Origin: Spirochaetia bacterium
GTDB lineage: Bacteria; Spirochaetota; Spirochaetia; SZUA-6; Bin103
Direction of reading: 5' to 3'
DNA: 64,000 bases
Assembly (NCBI GenBank): GCA_965203905.1
Contig: CBDBDQ010000005.1
Location: 2,848,001-2,912,000, forward strand
In this document: positions 41,683-51,295 of the stretch, piece by piece
Numbering within the stretch: position 1 is the first letter of the stretch
How the letters are laid out: the number at the start of each line of letters is the position of its first letter
The notes under the pieces: generated by a model
Databases searched by the model: none
What the model was told of the DNA's origin: nothing
The model's input: only the letters and a program-made list of their open reading frames with translations
Made by a program: the position numbers and the translations under genes

Positions 41683-41925
41683 GTGAACACCACCATGAAT
41701 GTGTCGCTGCCCGCCTCGCTCAAGTCCTTTGTGGACGAGCAGGTTACCGGGCACGGCTATGGGACCTGCAGCGAATATGTCCGTGCCCTGATCCGCCGGG
41801 ATCAGGAACGCCAGCATCTGCGCAGGCTGCTGCTCGAAGGTGCCGAATCCGCCGTGTCGCAGCCGGTGGACGCGGCCTACTTCGATGACCTGCGCGACCG
41901 CGTGCGCTCGCGTTCTCGCGGGTGA
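41683..41925 (+). CDS. parD: ParD-family (RHH) antitoxin
   Basis: TMNVSLP.SLKSFVDEQV...YGT.SEYVRALIR..Q...LR.LLLEG; start is GTG 41683 or ATG 41695. Confidence 0.9.
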   Translation: MNTTMNVSLPASLKSFVDEQVTGHGYGTCSEYVRALIRRDQERQHLRRLLLEGAESAVSQPVDAAYFDDLRDRVRSRSRG

Positions 41926-42239
41926 CAGGCAAGTCGATAGTTCCGCGGGCGAGGGCTGTTCGCGATGTCGACGAAGCGCTCGCTTACTACCTGCGCGAAG
42001 GAGAAGCGCAAGCCGCGCTCGGTTTCATCGACGAACTGGAAAGAGCCTACGGCCACATTGCGCAGTATCCGGCTGCGGGCTCGTTGCGGTATGCGTGGGA
42101 GTTGGATGTGCCGGGACTGCGCTCCTGGCCACTGCAGCGCTACCCGTACCTGGTCTTCTACCGCGAGCACGAAGACCGCATCGACGTCTGGCGCGTGCTG
42201 CACGGCCAGCGCGACATCGCCGCCTGGATGCGTGAGTGA
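41922..42239 (+). CDS. parE: ParE/RelE-family toxin
   Basis: A.RDVDE...Y; YP..GS.RY; YPYLVFY...IDVWRVLHGQRD. Confidence 0.9.
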   Translation: MTGKSIVPRARAVRDVDEALAYYLREGEAQAALGFIDELERAYGHIAQYPAAGSLRYAWELDVPGLRSWPLQRYPYLVFYREHEDRIDVWRVLHGQRDIAAWMRE

Positions 42240-42251
42240 CGGTGCCGCCGT

Positions 42252-43682
42252 TCAGCGGGAGAGCAGGGCCGCGACCGCTGCCTCCCCGCGGCGGATGGCG
42301 CTCTCGTAGGGGGTCTGGCGGCGCGAGTCGCGGGCCGCGAGGTCGGCGCCCGCATCCAGCAGTGCGGCGACGACAAGATCGAGCTGGTCGATGTCGTCGC
42401 GCAGGTGGTGCAGGGGCGAGCCGCCATCCGGCAGGGTGGCGGTGGCGAAGCCGGGATGTTGCGCCAGGTACTGCCGCAGCGCCTCGACCCTGCCGAAGGA
42501 GACGAGGTCGAGCCCGTCGGGGCAACTGTCGAGGAGGTAGTCCCGCATCGCGGCGTTGCCGGCGTGGTTGGCCCACCCGGCCGGTGTCGACTCGTGGTTG
42601 GCGTCGCGCAGCGGGCGCGCGCCGTGCGCGACCAGGACTTCGGCGGCCGCGCGCCGGTCGTTCCAGGCGGCCTGATGCAGGGCGGTGGTCCCGTCGTCAG
42701 CGGTGGCATTCGGATCCGCGCCGAGGCTGAGCAGACACCGTACGGCGGCGACGTTGCCCAGGGACGCGGCCGCGTGCAGCGTACCGGGATCGGCCAGGGC
42801 GTCGGGGGCATGCTGCAGCGCCGCGCGCGCGGCGGCCTCGTCGCCGCTCATGCAGGCGGCCCGGAAACGGTCCTCCGGGCTCAACTCGACCGCCTCGGCA
42901 CCGGCGCGCACCAGCATCTCGGCGATCTCGCCGAATCCGTTCAGCAGTGCGTTTTCGTGGTGACTGCGCCCATCGTAGTAGTTGGCGCCGCGCGGATCGG
43001 CGCCATGCCGGAGCAGCAGCGCGGCCCGCTCGGTGAATCCCTTGACCACCGCGTGGCCGAGCATGAAGTCGAGTGTCCCTATCGGGTTGTCGGTCTTCCA
43101 GTTGACCCGGTCCGCGGCGCTGAGGCCTCGGTCGAGCAGAAGCTTCAGCCAGCGGTTGTCGGGCCGAAAGATCGTATTGTAGAGCCCCTGCGCATCGTTG
43201 GGATCCGCGCCGGCGTCGAGCAGTAGTGTCGCCAGCTCCCAGGCATGGGCGTGCGGCGGCTGGCTGACAATGCCGCCCTCACCTTCGCCCATCGCACCGG
43301 TGAGGGCGGTGAAGCGGTAGGTGCCATCCCACATGAAGTGCGCGTTCGGGTCGGCCCCGTGCTCCAGCAGCAGCCGCGCGGTGGCGACGGCATCGGCATC
43401 GGGAAGCTGCTCGGTGACCCGCGAGTAGCAGAGGTAGAGCAACGGTTGCCATTTGCGCGGCCCGCCGGCCGCAGACGCCCGGCGCGGATCCTCGCCCAGG
43501 AGCCGCCGCAGCGCCTCGACGCTCGCGGTGGCGGCGGCCGTATGGGCGTCGGCCGCCGCCAGCGCCGGCCGCGCCGTTAACATCTGCCGCGCCCGGTCGA
43601 CGCGCTCCGTCGAGTCGTTGCCGTAGGTCAGGCAGGCGAGGTCAAGAAACTGCTCCACCTCGCCGTTGCGTTGCTTCAACAT
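42252..43682 (-). CDS. Ankyrin repeat protein
   Basis: Repeats LLEHGADPN, LLDAGADPN, GTTALHQAA and GSPLH; W.PLLYLCYSR. Confidence 0.9.
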   Translation of the reverse strand: MLKQRNGEVEQFLDLACLTYGNDSTERVDRARQMLTARPALAAADAHTAAATASVEALRRLLGEDPRRASAAGGPRKWQPLLYLCYSRVTEQLPDADAVATARLLLEHGADPNAHFMWDGTYRFTALTGAMGEGEGGIVSQPPHAHAWELATLLLDAGADPNDAQGLYNTIFRPDNRWLKLLLDRGLSAADRVNWKTDNPIGTLDFMLGHAVVKGFTERAALLLRHGADPRGANYYDGRSHHENALLNGFGEIAEMLVRAGAEAVELSPEDRFRAACMSGDEAAARAALQHAPDALADPGTLHAAASLGNVAAVRCLLSLGADPNATADDGTTALHQAAWNDRRAAAEVLVAHGARPLRDANHESTPAGWANHAGNAAMRDYLLDSCPDGLDLVSFGRVEALRQYLAQHPGFATATLPDGGSPLHHLRDDIDQLDLVVAALLDAGADLAARDSRRQTPYESAIRRGEAAVAALLSR

Positions 43683-43709
43683 TTGGATTCCTCTTATACC
43701 ATGCGTCCC

Positions 43710-44510
43710 TCACGCCGGTACGGCGGCGTCGAACGCCTCGGCCAGGGCGGCCACGGTGGGGTAGCGGGCAGCGGGATCGGGCGCGCACGCCACCTCCGTC
43801 ATCGTCCGCACCGAGTCTTCCAAGAAGATCGCCGCGGTTCGGCCCAGGGTGAACACCGTCGTCCGCTCGTCGATAAGCCGCCCGCGCTCGAACTCCTCGG
43901 GTGCCATGAAGCGGGTGGAACCGGGCATCCGGCCTACGGTATTGCGATAGGGCCCGGAGCGATAGTGGTCGAGGTCGCATACCCGCAAGGTTCCGGCGTC
44001 GAAGTCGTAGATCAGGCAGCCGTCGTAGAAGTCGCCCGCCACCCACCCTCGGCCGGCGAGCGCCCGGTGCAGATCGATGATCGACCGAACCGCGGCGATG
44101 CGTCCGGCCCGCGGCAGCGATCGGAACCTTCGAGCGGCACTGTCCGGGGCGCCCCGCCGGTGGCCGGGAACGTACAGGTTCTCGCCGTCCACCCACCGGT
44201 ACACCAACATGCGGCCCCAGGTGGACTCGATCGAGGTAACGAACTGCGTCAGGGCGGGATGCGAAACGCTGCGGGCCAGCCGCTCGGCGTTCTCAAGCCG
44301 TGCGATGCGTCTGCCATGGGCGCCCGCGTGCCGTTCCGGGCCCGCGGGGTCCCCCGCCGTCTTCACGAAGTACCGGGCCGCGGCGGCTGCCACGCCGAAG
44401 GAGATGTTTCCGGAATCCTGTTGGTCGATGTGCGCGAATATCCGGCCGACCGAGCTCAGGAACTCGGCAGGAGCGAGTTCGGTCGCCGGAGTGTGCCACG
44501 TGGCCAGCTC
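43710..44510 (-). CDS. Protein kinase-like (Ser/Thr kinase/APH fold) protein; start uncertain
   Basis: DSGNISFG, YFVKTAG, WVAGDFYDG, CDLD and GSTRFMAPEEF...DERTTVFTLG. Confidence 0.8.
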   Translation of the reverse strand, partial: ELATWHTPATELAPAEFLSSVGRIFAHIDQQDSGNISFGVAAAAARYFVKTAGDPAGPERHAGAHGRRIARLENAERLARSVSHPALTQFVTSIESTWGRMLVYRWVDGENLYVPGHRRGAPDSAARRFRSLPRAGRIAAVRSIIDLHRALAGRGWVAGDFYDGCLIYDFDAGTLRVCDLDHYRSGPYRNTVGRMPGSTRFMAPEEFERGRLIDERTTVFTLGRTAAIFLEDSVRTMTEVACAPDPAARYPTVAALAEAFDAAVPA

Positions 44511-45600
44511 AGATGAACCGATCAGCGGCCTCGGCGCCGGGGGCGAAGATCGCGACCATCTCCGGTCGCAGGGGGTAGCGCAGCGGTTCGCCCGCGAAGT
44601 GGCGGCGCGCCTCGTGGCACTGGCCGAGGAACACGCCCAGGTGCGCGCCATAGGTGCCGCCGGCGCGATGCGGCGTGTGGATCACGTTGGGCAGCGTCCG
44701 CATGGGGTCGCCCGCCGGGGGCGGCTCCGGGCTGTACACGTCGATGCCGGCACGCAGCTCGCCGGCGGTGAGCCGTTCCAGCAGCGGCGGCTGCTCCACC
44801 ACCGCCATGCGCGACACCAGCACGAACACCGCCTCCGGCGGCAAGGCGTGGATCACGTCACGATTGATGATCCCGATCGTCTCCGGGGTCGGCGGGATGG
44901 CGATGCAGAACACCTCGCTGCGCGCGGCCATGGCGACCAGGTCGTCGACCTTGCGGCCGCCCAACGCCGCAATCCGGTCTTCCGGTATGTAGGGGTCGAA
45001 CGCTTCCCAGTCGGTGTCGAACGGCGCCAGCATGCGCGCCAGCTGGCGGTGGATCTCGCCGAACCCGGCCAGCCCTACCCGCCTGCCGTGCAGCCGGTCG
45101 GGTACGTCGGCCCACTCCGGGTGGTCGACCCAACGCACCCAGCCGTTGGCGCCCACCGTCTCATGCTCCTGGGGGAGGCTGCGCAGCGCGGCCAGCACCA
45201 GCGCCAACTCGTACTCCGCCACCCACGGCGACATGACGGGCGCGGTCTCGCTGATGGCGATGCCCTGCGCAACCGCCGCTTCCACGTCGATGAACTTGGC
45301 CTGCGTGTAGTGGCAGGTGGAACCGATGTAGCGCAACCGGCTGGCCCGGGCGAGCCGTTCGGCGGACAGGTAACCGATGCCTTGCGGGCCCCAGCCGCGC
45401 AGCACCATGCCGTCGGCATCGGCGAGCGCGGCATCCACCTGCGACGCACGTTCCTCTTGCGTCTGCTCAGGCTGCAGGCGAACCTCTACCCGCTCGGCGA
45501 ACGAGTCGAGCACCTCCGCCGCCCGCTTGCTCCAGTGCTGTTCGATTTCCGGCCTCCGTAACCGGGACCCATGCACCACGACAATCCTGGGACGTGCCAT
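44509..45600 (-). CDS. D-isomer-specific 2-hydroxyacid dehydrogenase family
   Basis: VGLAGFGEI, FDPY, P.TPET.GII, IDVYSPEP and TPHRAG. Confidence 0.88.
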   Translation of the reverse strand: MARPRIVVVHGSRLRRPEIEQHWSKRAAEVLDSFAERVEVRLQPEQTQEERASQVDAALADADGMVLRGWGPQGIGYLSAERLARASRLRYIGSTCHYTQAKFIDVEAAVAQGIAISETAPVMSPWVAEYELALVLAALRSLPQEHETVGANGWVRWVDHPEWADVPDRLHGRRVGLAGFGEIHRQLARMLAPFDTDWEAFDPYIPEDRIAALGGRKVDDLVAMAARSEVFCIAIPPTPETIGIINRDVIHALPPEAVFVLVSRMAVVEQPPLLERLTAGELRAGIDVYSPEPPPAGDPMRTLPNVIHTPHRAGGTYGAHLGVFLGQCHEARRHFAGEPLRYPLRPEMVAIFAPGAEAADRFI

Positions 45601-45684
45601 CCTTTACCTCCTTATGCGGCGAGAGCAGGTCTCATGGGTAACGCCTGTCGCTTGCGCTTACCCAAAATGGCGGCCACCGTGCCT

Positions 45685-45846
45685 AGCAGCCCGTGGCGCA
45701 ACACCGGCTGCATTCGAGCGGCGATCCATCCCGGCTGGCTGCGTTGCTCCTCGCTCACATATGCCCTGATATGCTCGTTCGTCGCGCCTTGCCAGCCGGG
45801 CGCCTCGCCGCTCTCGGTGCGACGCCGGGTTCCACCACGGGCTGCT
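45685..45846. repeat. ~160-bp nested palindromic element (MITE-like / structured repeat)
   Basis: Terminal IR AGCAGCCCGTGG...CCACGGGCTGCT; inner IRs GAGCGGCGA/TCGCCGCTC and CCCGGCTGGC/GCCAGCCGGG. Confidence 0.7.
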
Positions 45847-45916
45847 TGCCCCATGCGCCGTTTCCATGGTCTTCCGTGGCACGGAGTGACCGTGGTGACT
45901 CCTGCGCGGCTCTGTC

Positions 45917-46183
45917 TCATTTCTCGTAGTGATAGCGGCAGGAGATGATGGTGACGTTGGCGTCGTCGACGGCATAGACCAGGCGGTTGGTGTCGTCGAT
46001 TCGCCTGGACCAGAATCCGCTCAGATTCTCCTTCAACGCTTCCGGCTTGCCTACCCCTGCGAACGGCGAACGAAGGGCGTCGGAGATCAGCCGGTTTATT
46101 CGCCGCAGCGTCCTCCGATCCTGTGTCTGCCATTGCACGTAGTCGTCCCAGGCCGCGTGAGTCCAGGCCAACCTGCGCTTCAC
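45917..46183 (-). CDS. yoeB: Txe/YoeB toxin
   Basis: AWDDY..WQ..D...L.RIN.LI; GVGKPEALK.NLSGFWSRRIDD.NRLVY; CRYHY. Confidence 0.94.
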   Translation of the reverse strand: MKRRLAWTHAAWDDYVQWQTQDRRTLRRINRLISDALRSPFAGVGKPEALKENLSGFWSRRIDDTNRLVYAVDDANVTIISCRYHYEK

Positions 46184-46440
46184 GGCTGCTCGGCGAGAGT
46201 ATCTCGCTCGACCACCATGCCGGCGCGGAACTGCTCGATCGATTCGGAGAGGTGCGCGGCGTTGGCGGGAGACTTCAGCAGATAAACCGTCTCGATCAGG
46301 CTGTTGTAGTAGTCGAGCGACATTACCACGGCGTCCTCGGCATCTCGACGCGTGATGATCGCGACGTCGGCATCTCCCGTCACTCCATCGAGGAGTGACT
46401 TCAGCCCGTTCCGGGCATCGGTGAACGACACGGTTCGCAT
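46180..46440 (-). CDS. yefM: Phd/YefM antitoxin
   Basis: SFTDARNGLK..LD.V; ITRR....AVVMSLD.YNSL.ET.YLLKSPANA..L.ESI. Confidence 0.94.
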   Translation of the reverse strand: MRTVSFTDARNGLKSLLDGVTGDADVAIITRRDAEDAVVMSLDYYNSLIETVYLLKSPANAAHLSESIEQFRAGMVVERDTLAEQP

Positions 46441-46554
46441 GCAGGAATCCTATCACATGGGGAGAGACCTGTACCACTAACCGGACAGCTCGCACAGCTC
46501 ACTCCTGCAGGAGGGGTGCCGCTGCTCGCCCCCCAACTGCGCTCTTCGAACGGG

Positions 46555-48018
46555 TCACTGGATGGGGGGCCGGCGGTCGGACCAGGGGCGGGCCGCCTCG
46601 AGCTGCGCGGAGAGCCGGAACAGGAGATCCTCGCGGCCGTAGGCGGCGATGAGCTGTACCCCGACCGGAAGCCCTTCCTCGCTCCAGTGCAGCGGCAGGG
46701 TGATGGCGGGCTGCCCCGACACGTTGTAATGCCCGGTGAAGGCGGCCAGGCCCAGCGGCTTCTCACCGCCATCCCCGCGGGGCAGGTTCAGCGCCCGCAG
46801 GCGACCGGGTTCGACCGCGCCCTCCTTGAAACGGAACGGCAGCGTCGCCAGCGTCGGCGTAACGAGGATGTCGAAACCGTCCGCCCACCACTGCGCCAGG
46901 CGGCGCGCGTAGCGGTGCTGTGCAGCCATGGCCTGCATCAGTTGCACGCCGCTCACCTGGCGCGCCGCATCCGCCGCGCTCCAGGTGTTCGGTTCCACGT
47001 CCCCGGCGCCCAGCTCGCGGCCGAGCAACGCGCCGATGCGGTCGAGTTCGCTGGCTACGTGCGCGTACTTGATCGGGTACATCGCTTCGATCATCGGGCG
47101 ATCTTCCAGAATGTCGAGACAGGCTGGCCTGTCGTCCTCCGCCTCGTGTCCGAGATCCGCCAGCAGGCTGACGGTGGACTCGACCGCGGCGGCGCAGGCG
47201 GGGTCCCACCCCCGTTCGTCCGCGCGCAGGGTGCGGAAGCCGATGCGCAGGCGGCCGGGATCGGCCCCCACCTCGTCGCGCCACGGACGCAGCGGCGGCG
47301 GCGCCATGCAGGGGTCGCCGGGCGCGGGACCGGCGCACGCGTCCAGCACCGCCGCCGAGTCGCGCACCGAGCGGGTGAGGACGTGCTCGCAGGTCTTCTG
47401 GCCGAAGCGCTCGCCGAAGTCCGGTCCGAGGGTGATACGCCCGCGGGACGGCTTGAGGCCGACCACGCCGCAACAGCTCGCCGGAATCCGGATCGACCCG
47501 CCCGAGTCACTGCCGTGCGCCGCCGGCACGAACCCGGCGGCCACGGCCGCGGCCGCACCGCCGCTGGAGCCGCCGGCCGTGCGCTGCAGGTCCCAGGGGT
47601 TGAGGGTGGCCCCGTATGCCACGGAGTCGGTGATCGGGCTGAGGGCCATCTCGGAGAGGTTGCTCTTGCCGAGGATGGCGAACCCGGCGCGCTTGTAGCG
47701 TGCCCCGAGGTAGCTGTCGTGGTCGGAGCGGTAGCCGGCCTCCTTCAGGACCCGCATGCCCGCATGGAAGGGCTCGCCCTCGATCTGGCAGAGAACGTCC
47801 TTGAGCAGGAACGGCACGCCGCGGAAGGGCCCGTCGGGAAGCCCGGCGCGGGCCTCTTCGCGCACGCGATCGAAGCGGCGCAGGATCACGGCGTTGAGCT
47901 GCGCGTCAAGCCGCTCGATGCGGGCGATGGCGGCATCGACCAGCTCCAAGGCCGCAACCTGCCCACTGCGCACCAGCTCCGCTTGTGCCGTCGCGTCCAG
48001 GCGAGTCACGTTGTCCAT
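46555..48018 (-). CDS. Amidase (amidase signature family), copy 1
   Basis: [18 protein letters not shown] and [16 protein letters not shown]; 487 aa. Confidence 0.93.
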   Translation of the reverse strand: MDNVTRLDATAQAELVRSGQVAALELVDAAIARIERLDAQLNAVILRRFDRVREEARAGLPDGPFRGVPFLLKDVLCQIEGEPFHAGMRVLKEAGYRSDHDSYLGARYKRAGFAILGKSNLSEMALSPITDSVAYGATLNPWDLQRTAGGSSGGAAAAVAAGFVPAAHGSDSGGSIRIPASCCGVVGLKPSRGRITLGPDFGERFGQKTCEHVLTRSVRDSAAVLDACAGPAPGDPCMAPPPLRPWRDEVGADPGRLRIGFRTLRADERGWDPACAAAVESTVSLLADLGHEAEDDRPACLDILEDRPMIEAMYPIKYAHVASELDRIGALLGRELGAGDVEPNTWSAADAARQVSGVQLMQAMAAQHRYARRLAQWWADGFDILVTPTLATLPFRFKEGAVEPGRLRALNLPRGDGGEKPLGLAAFTGHYNVSGQPAITLPLHWSEEGLPVGVQLIAAYGREDLLFRLSAQLEAARPWSDRRPPIQ

Positions 48019-48075
48019 GGATCGCACTATATCGAAGCGCGTCGGACCGCGTTGGCACGCACGCTTGACCTCAGG

Positions 48076-49539
48076 TCACTGGACAGGCGGCCGCCGGTCG
48101 GCCCAGGGGAGGGCCGCCTCGAGCTGCGCGGCGAGCCGGAACAGCAGATCCTCGCGGCCGTAGGCGGCGATGAACTGTACCCCGACCGGGAGCCCCTCCT
48201 CGGTCCAGTGCAGCGGCAGGGAGATGGCGGGCTGCCCCGACACGTTGTACTGCCAGGTGAGGGTGGCCAAGCCCGGCGCCTTGTCCGCACCGCATTTTCC
48301 GGGCAGGTCCAGCGCGCGCAGGCGACCGGGTTCGACTCCGCCCTCCCTGAACCGGAACGGCAGCGTCGCTAGCGTCGGCGTCACCAGGACCTCGGACCCG
48401 TCCTCCCACCACTGGGTCAGGCGGCGCCCAACTTGGTGCTGCTCGGCCATGGCTTGCAGCAGTTGCACGCCGCTCACCCCGCGGCCCGCCTCCGCCGCGT
48501 TCCAGGTATTCGGCTCCACGTCCCGGGCACCGAGCTCGCGGCCCAGTAGCGCGCCGATGTGCTCGAGCTCGCTGGCCACCTGGGCGTCATTGATCAGGTG
48601 CATCGCCTCGATGATCGGATGATCGACGAGAATGTCGAGGCAGGCGGGGCTGTCGTCCTCCACCTCGTGCCCGAGATCCGCCAGCAGTGTGACGGCAGCT
48701 TCGACGGCGGCGGCACAGTCGGGGTCCCACCACCGTTCGTCCGCCCGCAGGGTGCGGAAGCCGATGCGCAGGCGGCCGGGATCGGCCCCCACCTCGTCGC
48801 GCCACGGGCGCAGCGGCGGCGGCGCCGTGTAGGGGTCGCCGGGCGCGGGCCCGGCGCACGCGTCCAGCACCGCCGCCGAGTCGCGCACCGAGCGGGTGAG
48901 GACGTGCTCGCACGTCTTCAGCCCGAAGCGTTCGCCGAAGTCCGGCCCGAGCGTGGTGCGCCCGCGCGAAGGCTTGAGGCCTACCACGCCGCAGCAGCTC
49001 GCGGGAATCCGGATCGACCCGCCCGAGTCGCTGCCATGCGCCACCGGCACGAACCCTGCGGCCACGGCCGCGCCTGCACCGCCGCTGGAGCCGCCGGTCG
49101 TACGTTGCAGGTCCCAGGGGTTGCGGGTCGGCCCGTAGGCGACGGAGTCGGTGATCGGGCTCAGGGCAAGTTCGGGCAGGTTGCTCTTACCGAGGATGGC
49201 GAACCCGGCGCGCTTGTAGCGTGCCCCGAGATAGCTGTCGTGGTCGGAGTGGTAGCCGGCCTCCTTCAGCGCTCGCATGCCCGCATGGAAGGGCTCGCCT
49301 TCGATCTGGCAGAGGACGTCCTTGAGCAGGAACGGCACGCCGCGGAAGGGCCCGTCGGGAAGCCCGGCGCGGGCCTCTTCGCGCACGCGATCGAAGCGGC
49401 GCAGGATAACGGCGTTGAGCTGCGCGTCGAGCCGCTCGATGCGGGCGATCGCGGCATCGACCAGTTCGACGGCAGCAACCTCTCCGTTCCGCACCATTTC
49501 CGCCTGTGCAGTCGCGTCCAACCAGAGCAGGTCGTCCAT
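48076..49539 (-). CDS. Amidase (amidase signature family), copy 2
   Basis: Same motifs and length (487 aa) as copy 1, with long identical nucleotide stretches. Confidence 0.93.
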   Translation of the reverse strand: MDDLLWLDATAQAEMVRNGEVAAVELVDAAIARIERLDAQLNAVILRRFDRVREEARAGLPDGPFRGVPFLLKDVLCQIEGEPFHAGMRALKEAGYHSDHDSYLGARYKRAGFAILGKSNLPELALSPITDSVAYGPTRNPWDLQRTTGGSSGGAGAAVAAGFVPVAHGSDSGGSIRIPASCCGVVGLKPSRGRTTLGPDFGERFGLKTCEHVLTRSVRDSAAVLDACAGPAPGDPYTAPPPLRPWRDEVGADPGRLRIGFRTLRADERWWDPDCAAAVEAAVTLLADLGHEVEDDSPACLDILVDHPIIEAMHLINDAQVASELEHIGALLGRELGARDVEPNTWNAAEAGRGVSGVQLLQAMAEQHQVGRRLTQWWEDGSEVLVTPTLATLPFRFREGGVEPGRLRALDLPGKCGADKAPGLATLTWQYNVSGQPAISLPLHWTEEGLPVGVQFIAAYGREDLLFRLAAQLEAALPWADRRPPVQ

Positions 49540-49625
49540 GATGGCACTATACCCGGAGGCCCATGGCTGGTCGCACATCAGTGCCCGCGCGAAAGCGATA
49601 CCGATATCGGCGAGTTGTATGGAGT

Positions 49626-49805
49626 ATGGCGAAAGTCAGGGACGCCATCCGGCTGGTCCGCACCAAGGGGAGCCACCGCCAGTATCAACATGCGGAAAAA
49701 TCGGGCACGATTACGATAGCCGGGAAGATGAGCAAGGATCTGGCGCCGGGGACGTGGATCCACATTCTGAAGCAGGCACGGCTGACCAAAGGAGACCGAC
49801 GATGA
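49626..49805 (+). pseudogene. hicA: HicA toxin with an apparent in-frame internal deletion
   Basis: MAKVRDAIRLVRTKGSHRQYQH...TI.G....DLAPGT..ILKQA lacks the usual L..DGW segment before RxxGSH. Confidence 0.7.
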
Positions 49806-50008
49806 GATACGCGGTGGTGATCGAGAGGACAGACAACGGCTACTCGGCCTACGCTCCGGATCTGCCTGGATGTATCGCCGCCGGTGACTCGCGGGCGGAA
49901 ACCGAGCGTTTGATCCGCGAAGCGATTGCGATGCACGTCCAGTCGCTCAAGGAACAGGGACACCCGGTCCCCGATCCCTCCACTTCTACCGCGTCAGTTC
50001 AAGTGTGA
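49802..50008 (+). CDS. hicB: Short HicB-family antitoxin
   Basis: MRYAVVIE....YSAYAPDLPGCIAAG....E....IREAI.MH...L...G.PVP. Confidence 0.92.
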   Translation: MRYAVVIERTDNGYSAYAPDLPGCIAAGDSRAETERLIREAIAMHVQSLKEQGHPVPDPSTSTASVQV

Positions 50009-50305
50009 CGAATACGTAGGGCCTGGCACTCGACGTTTGAGTCGTCCTGCGGCGACCAGGCGCTGAGGTCGGTCGGCCACCGCCTTCGCCGGCGTGCGCT
50101 CGGCCACCCGGGAACGAGCTTGAAGACTCCGCCCCTGTCGGGTACAAGATCAGATGCCCGTCATCGGGCCGCGCGTCATGCAATGGGGTATGAGGTCGTC
50201 ACCCACCGGTAGTCCGACCCGAACTGGCCGCCCGCCGGCTCCGGGCAGGGCGCCGCCTCGTGGTTGCGAACGGCCACGGACCGGCGCCGCCGGCCGCGCG
50301 CACTG

Positions 50306-51295
50306 ATGCTGCAGTTTCTCGGCCGGCGGATCCTGCTGGCGATTCCCACTTTACTCATCATCTCCATCGTTTCCTTCCTCATCATCCAGCTTCCTCCCGG
50401 TGACTTCGTCACCGTCACCGTGGCCCAGGCCAGAGAGTCGGGCAGCTTTCTCGACGAAGAGGAAGTAGCCGCCATGCGCAAGCGCTACGGCATCGATCAG
50501 CCGGTGTACGTGCAGTATCTCAAGTGGTTGCGCAACCTGGTGCAGGGCAACCTCGGGGTGTCGTTCATGTGGACCAAGCCGATCGGGAGGCTGGTCGTCG
50601 AGCGGCTTCCCTGGACCCTGCTGCTCTCCTCGGTGGCGTTGGTGTTCGTCTACCTGGTCGCGATCCCGGTCGGCGTGCTGGCGGCCACCCACCAGTACTC
50701 GGTGAGCGACTTCGTGGCCACGTTCGTGGGCTTCGTGGGCCTGGCGATTCCCAACTTCCTGTTCGCGCTGGTGTTTCTCTGGTTGGCCTTTCTGGCAACC
50801 GGCAAGGCGGTGGTGGGGCTGTTCTCGCCGGAGTATGTCTCGGCGGCGTGGAGCTTCGCCAAGTTCGTCGACCTGCTGAAGCACCTGATCATTCCGGTGG
50901 TCGTCATCGGCACCGCCGGCACCGCGGGCCTCATCAGGGTTATGCGTGCGAACCTGTTGGATGAATTGAAAAAACAGTACGTGATCGTGGCCCGCGCCAA
51001 GGGCCTGGCCGAACGCAGGCTGCTGTTCCGCTACCCGGTGCGGATCGCGGTCAACCCGATCCTGAGCACGATCGGCTGGACCCTGCCGGGGCTGGTGAAC
51101 GGCGAGTTGCTTACCGCCCTGGTGCTGGGGCTGCCGACCCTCGCTCCCATCTTCCTGCAGTCGCTGCTGACCCAGGACATGTACCTGGCTGGGAGCATCG
51201 TCTTCATTCTGAGCACGCTGACGGTGATCGGCACCATCATCTCGGACCTGCTGCTGGCGTGGAGCGATCCCCGCATCCGGGAGGCCGCGCTATGA
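50306..51295 (+). CDS. Peptide/nickel-type ABC permease (DppB/OppB-like)
   Basis: RRILLAIPTL; IIQLPPGD; RANLLDEL...Y...ARAKGL; DPRIR. Confidence 0.93.
   Translation: MLQFLGRRILLAIPTLLIISIVSFLIIQLPPGDFVTVTVAQARESGSFLDEEEVAAMRKRYGIDQPVYVQYLKWLRNLVQGNLGVSFMWTKPIGRLVVERLPWTLLLSSVALVFVYLVAIPVGVLAATHQYSVSDFVATFVGFVGLAIPNFLFALVFLWLAFLATGKAVVGLFSPEYVSAAWSFAKFVDLLKHLIIPVVVIGTAGTAGLIRVMRANLLDELKKQYVIVARAKGLAERRLLFRYPVRIAVNPILSTIGWTLPGLVNGELLTALVLGLPTLAPIFLQSLLTQDMYLAGSIVFILSTLTVIGTIISDLLLAWSDPRIREAAL

Noticed and set aside
50010-50300. Short ORFs in the gap between hicB and dppB
   Set aside because: No motifs, RBS or clear structure that I can support.
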